From the NCBI GenBank assembly GCA_964019335.1, contig OZ025656.1:744001-808000 (forward strand): DNA of 64,000 nt, in the 5' to 3' direction. The stretch's first letter is position 1; each line of letters starts with the position of its first letter. The DNA is from Diplonema japonicum (Eukaryota > Protista > Euglenozoa: Diplonemea). This document shows, one piece after another, positions 32,409 to 44,400 of this stretch. The notes beneath the pieces are model-generated. The model made no database searches. It was not told the DNA's origin and saw only the letters and a list, made by a program, of their open reading frames with translations. Both the position numbers and the translations under genes were made by a program.

Positions 32409-35400
32409 GCAGTGCGGACCTGTCGTACACCTGCGAGGAGGGGGGTTACAGCGTGATGCCTCTGTTCCAGCTGGAGAGCGTGGAGTCGATGCAGGAGTGT
32501 CAGAAGGCGTGCGGGGACATCGCGGACTGCCGTGCTGTGGTGTTCAACGTGGAGCAGAAGACGTGCGCTGTGCACGGGGCGGAAGGGGTTTCAAGCAAGC
32601 CCCTTGTCGAGTCGAACAGCCTGCGTTGCGTGAAGGGTGATGCCGCCGCCACCATTGGTGCTTCCACGGAGCAGGAGCAGCCCAAGCAGCAACAGCAGCA
32701 GCAGCAGCAAGAGGAGGAATTCATGACCGGGTCGTTCTCGTGCAGGGCCGGGGGGCTCAGCGGGGAGGAGCTTCTGGTTGTGGAGCACACGGACATGGCT
32801 GCTTGCGTGGCGCACTGCGACAGGATCGAGGGGTGTGCGAAGCTGATGCACCAGGCGGACGACGTGTGCACGCTGTACGGGAAGGAGGCTGTGGTTGTTT
32901 CCGAGGGGAAGAGCGGGGCGACCGCGTGCAGCAGGCAGGTGGCGCAGGGAGAGGAATCGTCGTCGATGATGTCGTTCACCTGTGCGGAAGGGTCGAAGTT
33001 TGGGGGATCTCTGTTCGTGATCGGGGACACGGCGTCGATCGAGGAGTGCAAGCGCCAGTGTTCGGTCTTCAGCACCGTGTGCAAGGGTATCAACTACGGT
33101 TCTGACAAGTCTTGCGAGCTTGTCGACAGTGTTGACACCTACGCCTCGGAAGGGGAGAAGGGGTTGACCTCTTGTGTTGTCGACACGAAGAAGGACGAGT
33201 TACCGCCTAAGAAGGACGAGCTGCCGTCTAAGAAGGACGAGCTGCCGCTTTCATCGCCTGTGTTTGCATGCTCGGAGGAGGAGACCCTGGAAGGAGGGGA
33301 GCTGGTGTCGTTCGGGGACGTGAAGCAGTTGGAGAGCTGCCAAACGTACTGCCTGTCGTTCGGGTCAGCGTGCACCGGGTTCGTGTACACGAGCGAGGAC
33401 GAGAACTGCGAGCTGAAGGCGTCGACAGCAAAGCCGGTGGCGAAGAAGGCGAACGGTGTGACCTGCAAGCTCGTGGAGAACAACAAGAAGCCCAAGGACG
33501 GCGGCGACGATGCGGAGTACACGTGCACCGGGAAGGGGTCGTTCGTGGGAGGGGACCTGCGGATTGCGGCACGCTACAGCGAGAAGGAGTGCCGCGAGCT
33601 GTGCACCGACCTGAAGGAGTGCTTCATGTACGTGATGACGACATCCGAGGAGAGCGGGTGCGTGCTGAAGTCGTCGAGCGCGGTGGAGGTGACGACCGGG
33701 GCGGCGGCGGCTTTGAAGCAGCAGGGGACGGTGGTGAGCGGGACCGTGTGCGTGAAGGCCGAGGCGAAGCGCCAACAAGAGAAGCAGCTCGGGTTCGGGG
33801 CGATCGTGGAGGAGGAGGAGGAGGAGGCGAGGAGGAGGGCGTCCCTGGTAGACGTGCTCCCGTTCTTCTCCTGCACGGGCCGCGCGGTGTTCGACCCGAA
33901 GGCGGTGATCCGGAAGGTGTCGGAGGTGCTCGGGGCATCGGTGTGCCGGGAACGCTGTCACGTGACGACGAGCTGCAGACACTCTGCGTACGACCCTGAG
34001 GGGAGGGAGTGTGTGCTCCTCACCGACAAGGGGGTGCTGACGACGTCTGAGGAGGGGAAGCACGAGCTGTGCTCGAAGAAGGAGAACACGTCTGTTCTCG
34101 GGTACCGCTGCACGAAGGGAGCATACCACGGGGCGACGGTGGCAACCGTGTTCGGGGTCGGGAGCACGAGGGAGTGCGCACGGGCCTGCACGGCGAGCGG
34201 TAGGAACTGTTTGATCTCGGTGTACCACCCAGAGGACAAGAGGTGCGTGCTGAAGTCCGTGCGGGCTGTGCCGACGCAGGGGGTGCTGGAGCATTCGACG
34301 GCTTGCGTGAGCGAGCGAGTGGAGGCAGCGAGGGAAGGGTTCCACTGCGCGGAGTCCGGAGCGGCGGCCCTCGTGGAGGGGACGCTGAGCCTGCTGAGCG
34401 ACGTGACGTTGGAGGGGTGCAAGGAGCAGTGCGAGCAGCTGTCGGAGTGCGCGGCTGTGCAGTACGCGGCGGCAACGAAGACGTGCGAGCTGAAGGGGTT
34501 CGACTCGTTCGCGGAGGGAGGGAAGACGGGGGTCGCCGTGTGCGCGCGCCACCAGACCCCGCTCCTCAGCGGGGCGGCGGTGCGCTCTGGGGAGAAGAGC
34601 CGCTACGCTCAGACCCTGGGCGGGGACGCTCCGGAGCAGGCTGCGTACATCAAGGTTAAGTTCGGGCTCCACGTAGAGAAGCTGTCGAAGGGGGTGTTCG
34701 AGGCCCTCGGGGTGGCCCCCACCCAGGACACGACAACGCTGTGGGTGTCGCTGTTCGTGCGGGTCCCTGTCGGGATCGAGCCGGGGCTCTTCGCTGCCGC
34801 TTCCTACCACCTCCTCGCAACAGAGCTGAACAAGGACGACAACATTTTCATGCTGAAGCTGAACCCAACGCTGCTGCACCTGGGCCTGGAGCCCCTGAAG
34901 GCCGGGGCTGGGGGCCGTTGGTCCTTCGTGAACGACGGGTTCGAGTGGAGGCCGATCGCAAACGGGATCCTCGCGATCCCCTTCGCCTTCGAGACCTTCA
35001 GCGGTGTGGAGCTCATAACAGAGGCCACAAGGAGGTGGTTCTCGCGCTCTGTTGGCTCGGAGCTCAAGGTTGCCGCCTCCACCGTGTCGATGGAGGAGAT
35101 CTTCATGTGTACGGACGGGCTCGCGACAGAGGGGTGCGTGTCGACGTGGAAGGGGGCGACCCCGGACACGAGCGGTGGGCCGACCGGGAGCCACCTCCCT
35201 GGGGCTCCCTCGAAGAGGATGGACATGCTGATCGACGTCCCCCCTGGCTTCACCGTGTACGAGTGGTGCCTGAACGTGACGAAGACGCTCCCCTGCACCG
35301 GAAACATGACGCACCACCTCTACAAGACCTTCGGGCTCATCAGGTGCGGGCTGTGCGACGCCGAGGACCAGGCTCCGATGGACGGGACGTTGACGAGCGG

Positions 35401-38400
35401 TGGCAGCGGTGGACGCCACCTTCTGCAGGCAGCGGAGGGACAGCTGAAGGAGGAGACGACCACGGCAGCCCGCTCTGGGAGCCTCCTGCAGTCAGCAACC
35501 GGATCGAGGAGGGGTCTCGCGAGGTCCTGCAACGTTGGGTGGAAGCCCCTCCACTACGGAGTGATGTCGGACGCCTTCAACGTAGAGGGAACAGCGGAGG
35601 TGCAGGGGACCTTGGCGCAGTGCGTTGCGGCGTGCACGACCGAATCCGGGTGCTTCGCCTTCAGCAGGAACAGGATGTTGAAGGACACGGAGAGCGGGTC
35701 CTGCTGGCTCAAGAAGGCTGTGATCCCCGTCGTTGGGGACCAGTACTCTTTCAACACGCTCGGAACCTACGTGGTGACCTGCCCCCCCGAGGTGGAGCCC
35801 TGCAAGTGGAAGTACATGGACGGGTATGACCAGCGCACGCAGTCAAGCAAGACAACGGCGTTCCGGGCGCAGAGCGCGACCGAGTGCAAGGACCTGTGCG
35901 AGCTCGTGGCGGACTGCACCGGGGCGACCTTCGACAGGGAGAGCGCGACCTGCTACTTCATCCACGATCTCGTGCTCGCCCCGACAGCGGCGCAGCAGAA
36001 CCCCAGGTTCTTCAGCGCCGTGTGCTACCGCGTGGTCCCAGAGTCTCCGTGCGACACGAGCTACTGCGGGGTGAACCCCTCGGTGGGGTGCTTCCCCTTG
36101 AGGGGCGGGGACCACCGCTGTACCTGCGCGGAGGGCTTCCAGTGCGTGGAGAACTGCGACGAGCCGAGGAAACCCCACATCTGCGACCGCGAGGAGACGC
36201 TCGAGACCCTCCTCATGGAGGCCCTCTCCATCGCTTTGAATGTGGACGTTTACGGAATCTCCGTGAAGGAGGCGGAGCAGCTCATGCGAGGGAGCGGTGA
36301 CCCGTCTGAGCGCGATGCGCTCACCCCCGAGGAGCAGCACGTGGTCACGGTGGCGAGCAGCAAGATCGACGTGGAGACGACGCACGTCATCAGCACCACC
36401 TTCAGCAAGACGAACCTGGAGGACGTGCTCGCGGAGGAGCAGGGGAAGACGAAGCTGGCGCTCCTGGCGGAGGGTCTGGCAGGGTCGCTCGGGGTGGAGA
36501 CACACGAGGTGATGGTGAGGCGCGTGTGCAAGATCACGGACAACGGAGAGATGGCGGCCTGCTTCGACAGCGAAGGGGCGGACCAGGCGATCCCGAAGAG
36601 GCCGACCGTGAAGAGCACCCCGGAGCGAGAGTACTTGACGGCGGCATCGTGGTGTGGGGCGCACCCCTCGGGCGTTGCGAACCCGAAGACCCTCGAGGCC
36701 ATCGAGGACCTGGTACAGCTCAGCAGGGGAGAGATGCTGGAGACGAGGACCTACTGGGTCGGGGCAACCTGCGACGAGAACTGCAACGACGCGGACTCTT
36801 GGTACTGGGCGGACGCCCCCGCGGTGAAGGTGGATTGGGCGTCCCTCTCGCACGGCGGAAAGGGTGCGTCGATCCTGAACGACCTGTCTGGAGCGACATG
36901 CGCGGTGCTGCAGTACGACGCGGAGGGTTTGATGTGGGGGTTGAACGTCGCGGACTGCGGGGCCAAGGGCCACTACCCTGTGTGCGTAGAGACAGGGTCC
37001 GGTTCCGGTACAGACCACGCCGATCAGTGCGACGCCTCCGGGGCCTGTGACCTCAAGGTCACCTTCGGTGTGAAGCTTCTCCACGTCCGCTACGTTTACT
37101 TCGTGTCCCTCCCCGACGGGACGACGAAGAAGTACCACCCCTCGGATCTCCTCCCCGCGGGGGCTAAGATTGTGAACAGAGACGGTGATCTCATGGTATG
37201 AGAAGCGAAGCAAAACACAAAACAACAAGAACAAAAACAAAAACAAAAATACAGGGCTACGTCGACAGCCGTGGGAGCACCTCTGTGATCACGTGGCCTG
37301 CAGTTGACGAACCTCTGAACGAGGCTCTGAAGGCAGTGATGCCTGGGTTCACCTACCCGATGGAGGGGCTGCACGCTCTCGTGACTCGCCACGTGGCGAG
37401 CTGGATGACTGCCGCGAACTTGAACGCTCCCTTCAGCAGGGCCTGCCACGACCTCATCATCCAGAAGCATGTGCTGTGTGTGAACGCCATCTGCAAACTG
37501 TATGTGTAGAAAAGGAAAGAAAACACAAATATAATATACACACATAATACACAGTGTGGACCCCATGTTGATCACAAGGACATCCTGCGAGGGTGCACCT
37601 CCGTGTGTGAACAGCGTGTGCAACGGACACGGTTACGCGAAGGGCTTCGTCGGGTTCTGCTCGTGTGAGTGCGACCGTGGGTATGATATCAACAACAAAC
37701 AAAAACAAAAAAAAAAACAAAAACAAAAAAAGGTTCGCTGGTGCAGTGTGCACGGAGTGCGCAACAGGCTACAAGAACTACCCGCAGTGTGATCCGACAG
37801 GAACAGGCTCTTCCCTCTACGAGGTGTTCCATCTGCATGTGCAGAGCGGTGCGTCGACAGTGTCGGCAAACCACGACCTTCTGGAGCAGGCCTTCTCGGC
37901 AACGGTTGGGAGCAAGATTGAGGGTTACACCCTCACCTACATCTGCCCGATCAGCGTGTGCTCGCCTTCCCCTTGCGACTCCCCTGTGAACACGTGGAGC
38001 GGAGAGAGGAGGGCTCAGTGCTTCAGGGCGGGACAGGACTTCGCCATCACCGACAGGGGCGCTGTGGTTCTCTCTGGGAGCAGAGACTTCTACCCCCTTG
38101 TTGCGACGAGTGCTTCTGTTTCGGAGTTCGCCACCGAGTATGGTCCGTCGGCGCTGAGCGACGTGTCCACGCAGACGAAGGCTTTGTTGGACCAAGAGTG
38201 TATGTGTAATATTAATATAAAGAAAAAGAAAGAGAGAGAGAATGAATGCAAAAAAAAACAATACAGTGAACTTGAACAGCGGTCCCTTCAAGGAGTTCTT
38301 CCTGACCCTGGTGAAGTCTGTGTACCTGTCTTCCGAGGTATGGAACAGAATAAAAAGAAAAGGAAAACACACACCTCACACAAACACACAAACACAACAA

Positions 38401-40161
38401 AACTCCTTTTTTTTTTTAACCACAGCCCTACGCGGGAGTGACCCCTGTGGCAGCACCATTCAGCCCCCCCGTCTCTGTGGGCGGAGCCGGAGAGCTGGTG
38501 GAAGGAGCGGGGACAGACATGGGGATCATCATCGTAATCGTGATCGCAGTGGTGCTGTTCTGCTGCTGCTTCTTGATGTTCGGAATCTGGAGGCACAGGA
38601 AGGCACAGGAGAGGAAGAACAGGGAGAAGACGGAGGACCTGATGAAGTACGTGAACGAGGACGAGGATGGTGAGGACATCGTGACGATCTTCAAGGGGGC
38701 GGATGAGCCGATGGGGATCATGTGGGACGACCACACGCTGATGGTGGGAGTGTGCGACGACAGCGCTGCGTCGAGGTACAACCTGGACAGGTTCAGGAAC
38801 AGGAGGCTCGCGAGGGTGAACGGGATGAAGGTGAACACGCTCGCAGATATCAGGGACGCTGTGGAGGGGCAGACCTGCGTGACGCTGGAGTTCGAACCGA
38901 AGTACTCTGCGATCGTTGTGCGCGTGGCGTCGAAACTGGAGGACTTCTACGAGCAGGAATTCATCAGCATCTTCGCAGACAGGATCGCAGAGGTCTTGAA
39001 CCTCATGGAGTTCACCGAGATAGACATCGATCTGCAGTCCGTGTTCGAGAGGCCAGAGAGGGGGGAACTCCTCCTTACCATGAAGCTCCTCGGTCTCACC
39101 TCCGACCAGGTCGCCACCATCGTCGCCATGTGTGTCACCCCAGGCGAGCCCATCAGAAACGGCCTCCCTATCGCGGGAGCCTACCTTGCAACAGCCAAGT
39201 TCGGAGAAGAGGTGTGTGATTTCAAAAGAAGAAAAAACAACAACAACAACAACAACAACAACAGACGAACCCTCCTCTGTGGGTGTGCGCACAGTGGTTG
39301 ACGGAAGCTGAAAAGTGCTCTGGTTGCTACCTGCAGTTGCCCGGAGTGATCGAAGGTGGGCACCCCGTGTGGCAGCACACCCCCGCCGACCACTGGTTGT
39401 ACTCCACCCCGTCTGGTTTCTGGGCCATCGTGCAGGACAAGGTATGAAGAAAAACAACAAAAAACAAAAAGAACAAAAAACAAAAAACAACAGAGCCTTG
39501 TGGGAAGCGACGTGACGACAGGTGGGTACGTGCTGAGGTCGAGCGAGCCACACTGCGGTGCGGACCCCCACGTCATGACCGGATGGAGGACCGCATTGAG
39601 AGAGGGCGAGCACATCTGTGTGGCGAAGGAGGAACCGACGGCACACGAGTTCATTGTGGGACAGAGGGTGGTGTTCCCCGTGGACCTGCAGCTGGAAGAC
39701 GGGTCGGTCATCAACAAGAGATCGGAGGCGCTGGTGATGTGCGAGCAGGAGGACCTGGTGCAGCTCTGCATGCTGAACGAGGAGTACGACATCGTCACAG
39801 TGTCGCCGGACGTGGTGGACAGCCCCGATGGACCCCGCATCATGGTCTACGAGAACTCGCAGTGGATGCCCGCCGCCATCGTGAAGATGAGGGACAACCA
39901 GGTGAAGGTCGCCTTCGACTGCGGGCTGTGCCCTGACATGTGGATCGACAAGGAGTTGGAGGCCGACAAGCTGAAGTGCATGCCACGCGAGGCCTTCACA
40001 ATGGGGGACAAGGTGCAGCTGGCGGCGGGCGCCCCGCAGCACCTGGAGGAGGACGGGTGCTTGAAGTTCGGCGAGCTTGGTGTTGTGGTTGCTTGCGGCG
40101 ACGTTGGACAGGCAAGGCCGTACCTTGTGGAGGGGCCGTACGACATGACATGGTACGCTGG
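32356..40161 (+). repeat. 7.8-kb direct repeat, copy A
   Basis: Matches 41423-49228 with a constant offset of 9067 at the start, at the intron boundary checked and at the end. Confidence 0.95.
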
Positions 40162-40452
40162 AACGAACTTGGTTGCGTCAACACTTAGCGCCCCTGAAGT
40201 GATGGTATGCAATGTGCACTTCAGAATTAAGTATACACACAGCCGTTCGGTGATGAGGCAGAGAGCAGCGCACCCTACGGGGATGATGGTGTGGCCGTCG
40301 ACCGCAGGGGCTCCGGTCTCACTGATGACAATATGGAGATGTCAGGCTCAGGTATGAGCCGCTTGGTCGACAGAAGGGACTCCAGCATCACGAGTGCCTC
40401 CGTCAACCACAGAAGGGTGTCGGGTGACCGTAGGTTCATGGACACCATGTAG
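32360..40452 (+). CDS. Giant type I membrane protein, copy A (~2542 aa): signal peptide, 10 PAN/apple domains, EGF, C-type-lectin-like, laminin-EGF, TM, PDZ-like and SH3/Tudor-like cytoplasmic domains; introns 37196-37254, 37500-37554, 37681-37732, 38200-38266, 38338-38425, 39212-39264, 39442-39493, 40205-40242
   Basis: MLFRYATFVAALAVCVSSA signal; ten C-x(3)-C-x(5,6)-C..C.L repeats; YWVG..WYWAD..CAVL..C..YPVC; spliced CECDRGFAGAVCTECATGYKNYPQC; TM GIIIVIVIAVVLFCCCFLMFGIW. All eight introns keep the frame to TAG at 40450-40452. Confidence 0.85.
39236..39263 (+). repeat. (AAC)n microsatellite inside intron 6 of the PAN gene (also at +9067)
   Basis: Run of aac units running into the ACAG acceptor. 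Confidence 0.9.
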
Positions 40453-41422
40453 ACAGACAATGAAGCTAAGGCAAGGAATTGACTCTTTTTTTTCTTGGAT
40501 CATTCCCAACCGTCTTCATAGATAATGTTTTATTTTTATTCTCCCTTCCCCTTCCCCTTTCAGCCTTTTGGATCCTTGGGGTACGATGAAGATATGGATA
40601 CAAAGATTAAAAATAAATAAATGTATCTTCTACTGAAGACCGAACCAAAAGAAAAAGCCGAGTAAGACTCGGGAGTCAGGTTCGCAGTACATGGGGTTAT
40701 CTCACGCATCTTACTGACAGTCGTATCCAGCCATCAGGTGAGCTTTTATTTCTTTGTGAGTTTTTTTTTTTTGCACCCTCTTTGTCCTTAACCAGTTTAA
40801 GGAAGTTTTCTTCCTTTATTTTGGAAGAGGCTCTATTTTTTATCCCCTGCGAAGTGTATTTTCTTTTCCACATTATTTTATGAGAGACAGAAGCGTAATA
40901 GCACGGATAGGGAGACTGATCGAGTACAGAATATAGAGAAGCAAGTGGTTTCTTGTCTTCTTTTATTTTATCACCATGAGGCCAGGCTCGTTTGCACAGC
41001 CCTTCCCGACGAGGGGACTGTGCCCTATCAGTTGTCTTACCTCTTGCTATGAACCTTTTTGCTTTTTCCTCCCTGACATATACATTATTGAAAGAAGGTT
41101 AAAAGGAGTCAACCCTCGAGCTCGGTGTTGTGCCGCCGTGCTTCTTTTGACGGAAGCGGTGCAAAGCACACACCCACGGCACTCATAGTTCCTATAATGC
41201 CAAGCTTCTAATAAGAAGCGAAACCGATCTTTCACCACCCATTCCCTCGGCAGCCCTCCTTTCCTGTCATAGTACCTGTTCTCTTAGTCCAACCCCGTTC
41301 ATCGTACCGCAGTTGAATCAACGGATGTGCCTTTATTTATTTTCCCCACTTTTGAGTTAGTTCTTTTTTTGTTTCTCCAGAACAGTAATATTCTTCCATC
41401 AAAGGACTTTGTGGATTCTTCA

Positions 41423-44400
41423 TAACATGTTATTTCGCTATGCCACGTTCGTGGCAGCTCTTGCGGTGTGCGTGAGCAGTGCGGACCTGTCGTACACCTG
41501 CGAGGAGGGGGGTTACAGCGTGATGCCTCTGTTCCAGCTGGAGAGCGTGGAGTCGATGCAGGAGTGTCAGAAGGCGTGCGGGGACATCGCGGACTGCCGT
41601 GCTGTGGTGTTCAACGTGGAGCAGAAGACGTGCGCTGTGCACGGGGCGGAAGGGGTTTCAAGCAAGCCCCTTGTCGAGTCGAACAGCCTGCGTTGCGTGA
41701 AGGGTGATGCCGCCGCCACCATTGGTGCTTCCACGGAGCAGGAGCAGCCCAAGCAGCAACAGCAGCAGCAGCAGCAAGAGGAGGAATTCATGACCGGGTC
41801 GTTCTCGTGCAGGGCCGGGGGGCTCAGCGGGGAGGAGCTTCTGGTTGTGGAGCACACGGACATGGCTGCTTGCGTGGCGCACTGCGACAGGATCGAGGGG
41901 TGTGCGAAGCTGATGCACCAGGCGGACGACGTGTGCACGCTGTACGGGAAGGAGGCTGTGGTTGTTTCCGAGGGGAAGAGCGGGGCGACCGCGTGCAGCA
42001 GGCAGGTGGCGCAGGGAGAGGAATCGTCGTCGATGATGTCGTTCACCTGTGCGGAAGGGTCGAAGTTTGGGGGATCTCTGTTCGTGATCGGGGACACGGC
42101 GTCGATCGAGGAGTGCAAGCGCCAGTGTTCGGTCTTCAGCACCGTGTGCAAGGGTATCAACTACGGTTCTGACAAGTCTTGCGAGCTTGTCGACAGTGTT
42201 GACACCTACGCCTCGGAAGGGGAGAAGGGGTTGACCTCTTGTGTTGTCGACACGAAGAAGGACGAGTTACCGCCTAAGAAGGACGAGCTGCCGTCTAAGA
42301 AGGACGAGCTGCCGCTTTCATCGCCTGTGTTTGCATGCTCGGAGGAGGAGACCCTGGAAGGAGGGGAGCTGGTGTCGTTCGGGGACGTGAAGCAGTTGGA
42401 GAGCTGCCAAACGTACTGCCTGTCGTTCGGGTCAGCGTGCACCGGGTTCGTGTACACGAGCGAGGACGAGAACTGCGAGCTGAAGGCGTCGACAGCAAAG
42501 CCGGTGGCGAAGAAGGCGAACGGTGTGACCTGCAAGCTCGTGGAGAACAACAAGAAGCCCAAGGACGGCGGCGACGATGCGGAGTACACGTGCACCGGGA
42601 AGGGGTCGTTCGTGGGAGGGGACCTGCGGATTGCGGCACGCTACAGCGAGAAGGAGTGCCGCGAGCTGTGCACCGACCTGAAGGAGTGCTTCATGTACGT
42701 GATGACGACATCCGAGGAGAGCGGGTGCGTGCTGAAGTCGTCGAGCGCGGTGGAGGTGACGACCGGGGCGGCGGCGGCTTTGAAGCAGCAGGGGACGGTG
42801 GTGAGCGGGACCGTGTGCGTGAAGGCCGAGGCGAAGCGCCAACAAGAGAAGCAGCTCGGGTTCGGGGCGATCGTGGAGGAGGAGGAGGAGGAGGCGAGGA
42901 GGAGGGCGTCCCTGGTAGACGTGCTCCCGTTCTTCTCCTGCACGGGCCGCGCGGTGTTCGACCCGAAGGCGGTGATCCGGAAGGTGTCGGAGGTGCTCGG
43001 GGCATCGGTGTGCCGGGAACGCTGTCACGTGACGACGAGCTGCAGACACTCTGCGTACGACCCTGAGGGGAGGGAGTGTGTGCTCCTCACCGACAAGGGG
43101 GTGCTGACGACGTCTGAGGAGGGGAAGCACGAGCTGTGCTCGAAGAAGGAGAACACGTCTGTTCTCGGGTACCGCTGCACGAAGGGAGCATACCACGGGG
43201 CGACGGTGGCAACCGTGTTCGGGGTCGGGAGCACGAGGGAGTGCGCACGGGCCTGCACGGCGAGCGGTAGGAACTGTTTGATCTCGGTGTACCACCCAGA
43301 GGACAAGAGGTGCGTGCTGAAGTCCGTGCGGGCTGTGCCGACGCAGGGGGTGCTGGAGCATTCGACGGCTTGCGTGAGCGAGCGAGTGGAGGCAGCGAGG
43401 GAAGGGTTCCACTGCGCGGAGTCCGGAGCGGCGGCCCTCGTGGAGGGGACGCTGAGCCTGCTGAGCGACGTGACGTTGGAGGGGTGCAAGGAGCAGTGCG
43501 AGCAGCTGTCGGAGTGCGCGGCTGTGCAGTACGCGGCGGCAACGAAGACGTGCGAGCTGAAGGGGTTCGACTCGTTCGCGGAGGGAGGGAAGACGGGGGT
43601 CGCCGTGTGCGCGCGCCACCAGACCCCGCTCCTCAGCGGGGCGGCGGTGCGCTCTGGGGAGAAGAGCCGCTACGCTCAGACCCTGGGCGGGGACGCTCCG
43701 GAGCAGGCTGCGTACATCAAGGTTAAGTTCGGGCTCCACGTAGAGAAGCTGTCGAAGGGGGTGTTCGAGGCCCTCGGGGTGGCCCCCACCCAGGACACGA
43801 CAACGCTGTGGGTGTCGCTGTTCGTGCGGGTCCCTGTCGGGATCGAGCCGGGGCTCTTCGCTGCCGCTTCCTACCACCTCCTCGCAACAGAGCTGAACAA
43901 GGACGACAACATTTTCATGCTGAAGCTGAACCCAACGCTGCTGCACCTGGGCCTGGAGCCCCTGAAGGCCGGGGCTGGGGGCCGTTGGTCCTTCGTGAAC
44001 GACGGGTTCGAGTGGAGGCCGATCGCAAACGGGATCCTCGCGATCCCCTTCGCCTTCGAGACCTTCAGCGGTGTGGAGCTCATAACAGAGGCCACAAGGA
44101 GGTGGTTCTCGCGCTCTGTTGGCTCGGAGCTCAAGGTTGCCGCCTCCACCGTGTCGATGGAGGAGATCTTCATGTGTACGGACGGGCTCGCGACAGAGGG
44201 GTGCGTGTCGACGTGGAAGGGGGCGACCCCGGACACGAGCGGTGGGCCGACCGGGAGCCACCTCCCTGGGGCTCCCTCGAAGAGGATGGACATGCTGATC
44301 GACGTCCCCCCTGGCTTCACCGTGTACGAGTGGTGCCTGAACGTGACGAAGACGCTCCCCTGCACCGGAAACATGACGCACCACCTCTACAAGACCTTCG

